Assembly (NCBI GenBank): GCA_043228905.1
Contig: JBHGNT010000013.1
Span: 8,246,001-8,310,000 of the forward strand
Direction: 5' to 3'
DNA: 64,000 nt
DNA from: Azolla caroliniana
Taxonomy: Eukaryota; Plantae; Polypodiophyta
The stretch's first letter is position 1, and each line of letters opens with the position of its first letter. This document shows positions 62,465 to 64,000 of the stretch, piece by piece. Made by a program: the position numbers and the translations under genes. The notes below the pieces were generated by a model, which worked only from the letters and a program-made list of their open reading frames with translations, was not told where the DNA came from and ran no database searches.

Positions 62465-64000
62465 CTTACAAAGATTCTTCATGAAGACATTCGGCGACAA
62501 AAGAAAGCGGCAAATCAACCGTGGCTGCTTCAGTCAATAGATATCAACAATATCAACCAGCAAATCGACAAAGACATAAAGCTTGGAAAGGGAAAGCCCT
62601 TGAGTCAAATAAATCAAATAACAAGAATGATGGACAGAGGAGTTATACATATGGAAGTCAACAAAGTGGAAGATTCAAGGTGACATGTAGATATTGTAAA
62701 AAGGATGGACACACAAAAAGAGTGTGTCAATTCAAGCAAGCTGATCTAAATAAAGCAAGCCGGCCACAAGCACACAGTAGGGAGATCCAAGAAGTTAATG
62801 AGGATAAATCTGAATACTCTTCGGATAATGGAGAAGACCAGAATGAAGAAGTATACATCCATCCATATCACATCAATACTGATGGAGAAATATAGTTTCT
62901 CGATACGGGTGCTACACACCATCTTACATATCGGAAGGATTGGATGGAGGACTATCAAGAACTATCAACTCCACTTAGGGTTATATTTGGAGACAATGGA
63001 CAGAAACTAGCAGTGAGAAAAGGTAACATTTGTTTGATAAGGGCAAATGATAATCATATAAAAATTATAGATGTGTATTATGTACCTGGAGTGGCAAAAT
63101 GCTTATTGTCAGTTGGACAAGCTACCAACAATGGGCTGACTATCGAATTCACTGAGAACCGGGCCATGATACATCTCCATAAAGGCAAGAGCAAAGCAAT
63201 AGTATGTCCCAAGCAAGGCCATCTATATCCTGTGGGAGCGCCACAAATAGAGGCATTGTCAATAGAGGTATGTCATAACCATAATCAAGATAATGTTTTG
63301 TCCACATACTTGTGGCATTGCAGGCTTGGACACATACATATTCAAGCGCTACGAGAATGTCAAAAATGGAAATTTGTAAGAGGTTTGGCAAATGTAAGTT
63401 TCAAAACCATCAAGGTATGTGAAGGTTGTCTCTACGGAAAGATGTCACATAAATCATTCTCACCAAGTAGCACAAGCACTACGGAGCCATTACAATTAGT
63501 ACATTTTGATCTATGTGGTCCATTTTCTATTCCATCTATGTTTGGTGCAAAATATTTCATTACATTCATAGACAACTCTACAAGATTCACAGTAGTCAGT
63601 TTCTTGAAGCATAAGGCACAAGCATTTTCAGCATTTAAAATCCTTGCAAAAAACCAAACGAATCATACAATCAAAGTCATCCGTAGTGACAATGGAGGGG
63701 AATTTACTTTAGAAGAGTGGGAAAAGTTTTGCCAACAACGTGGAATCTTTCATCAAATTTCAGTACCATACACCCCTCAACAAAATGGGGTTGCTGAAAG
63801 GAAAAACTGAACACTTCTTAATGCAGCTAGAAGCATGCTAGAAACTAGCAAAATGCACCACCGATTTTGGGAAGCTACAGAGGCAACAACATGTTATCTG
63901 CAAAATAAGACTCGTCACCACGCTCTACAAGGATGGCCAATCTCCTGATGTCTCACATCTCAAAGTCTTTGGAGCAGTACCATATACCTACATACAAACA
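62465..64000 (+). mobile_element. C4: outermost Ty1/copia element (gag C-term, CCHC, PR, INT), degenerate, runs off the window
   Basis: CRYCKKDGHTKRVC, FLDTGATHH, LWHCRLGH, DLCGPF, RSDNGGEF, PQQNGVAERKN. Confidence 0.9.

Noticed and set aside
1-64000. Host cellular genes, rRNA or intact tRNA genes
   Set aside because: Every segment is accounted for by retroelement sequence.

Overview
The whole 64 kb window is a nested cluster of plant LTR retrotransposons with no recognisable host gene. The Tcn1-like chromovirus points to a non-seed land plant (fern, lycophyte or bryophyte); this is inference. Target-site duplications (TSDs) and rejoined reading frames give this nesting: copia C4 (62465-end) > copia C3 (+, 47595-62464) > copia C1 (-, 31030-47594, inside the 5' LTR of C3) > Tcn1-like chromovirus H1 (+, 1-31029, inside the 3' LTR of C1) > chromovirus A (-, 210-27267) > {gypsy B 2360-12146, solo LTR 13676-14317, gypsy D 14380-24011}. 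C1 also holds a solo LTR (34359-35156) and copia C2 (36998-47339), and C2 holds gypsy F (41042-45984; 4-bp TSD, lacks PR/RT). C3 also holds gypsy E (49659-59019) and a 5'-truncated LINE (61838-62384). The most striking signal is in B, D and E, three diverged members of one non-chromovirus gypsy lineage. None has a polypurine tract (PPT). In its place, 2 nt before the 3' LTR, each carries a sense-strand copy of a tRNA-Arg-like 3' end (...CCCACGGRCRTGCCA), which reads as a second, inverted primer-binding site (PBS). Just upstream is a T-loop-like TTCG and a covarying C-AAG-G hairpin. This suggests tRNA-primed or tRNA-mimic-primed plus-strand synthesis. The same three elements carry a long extra coiled-coil ORF that ends immediately before this motif.
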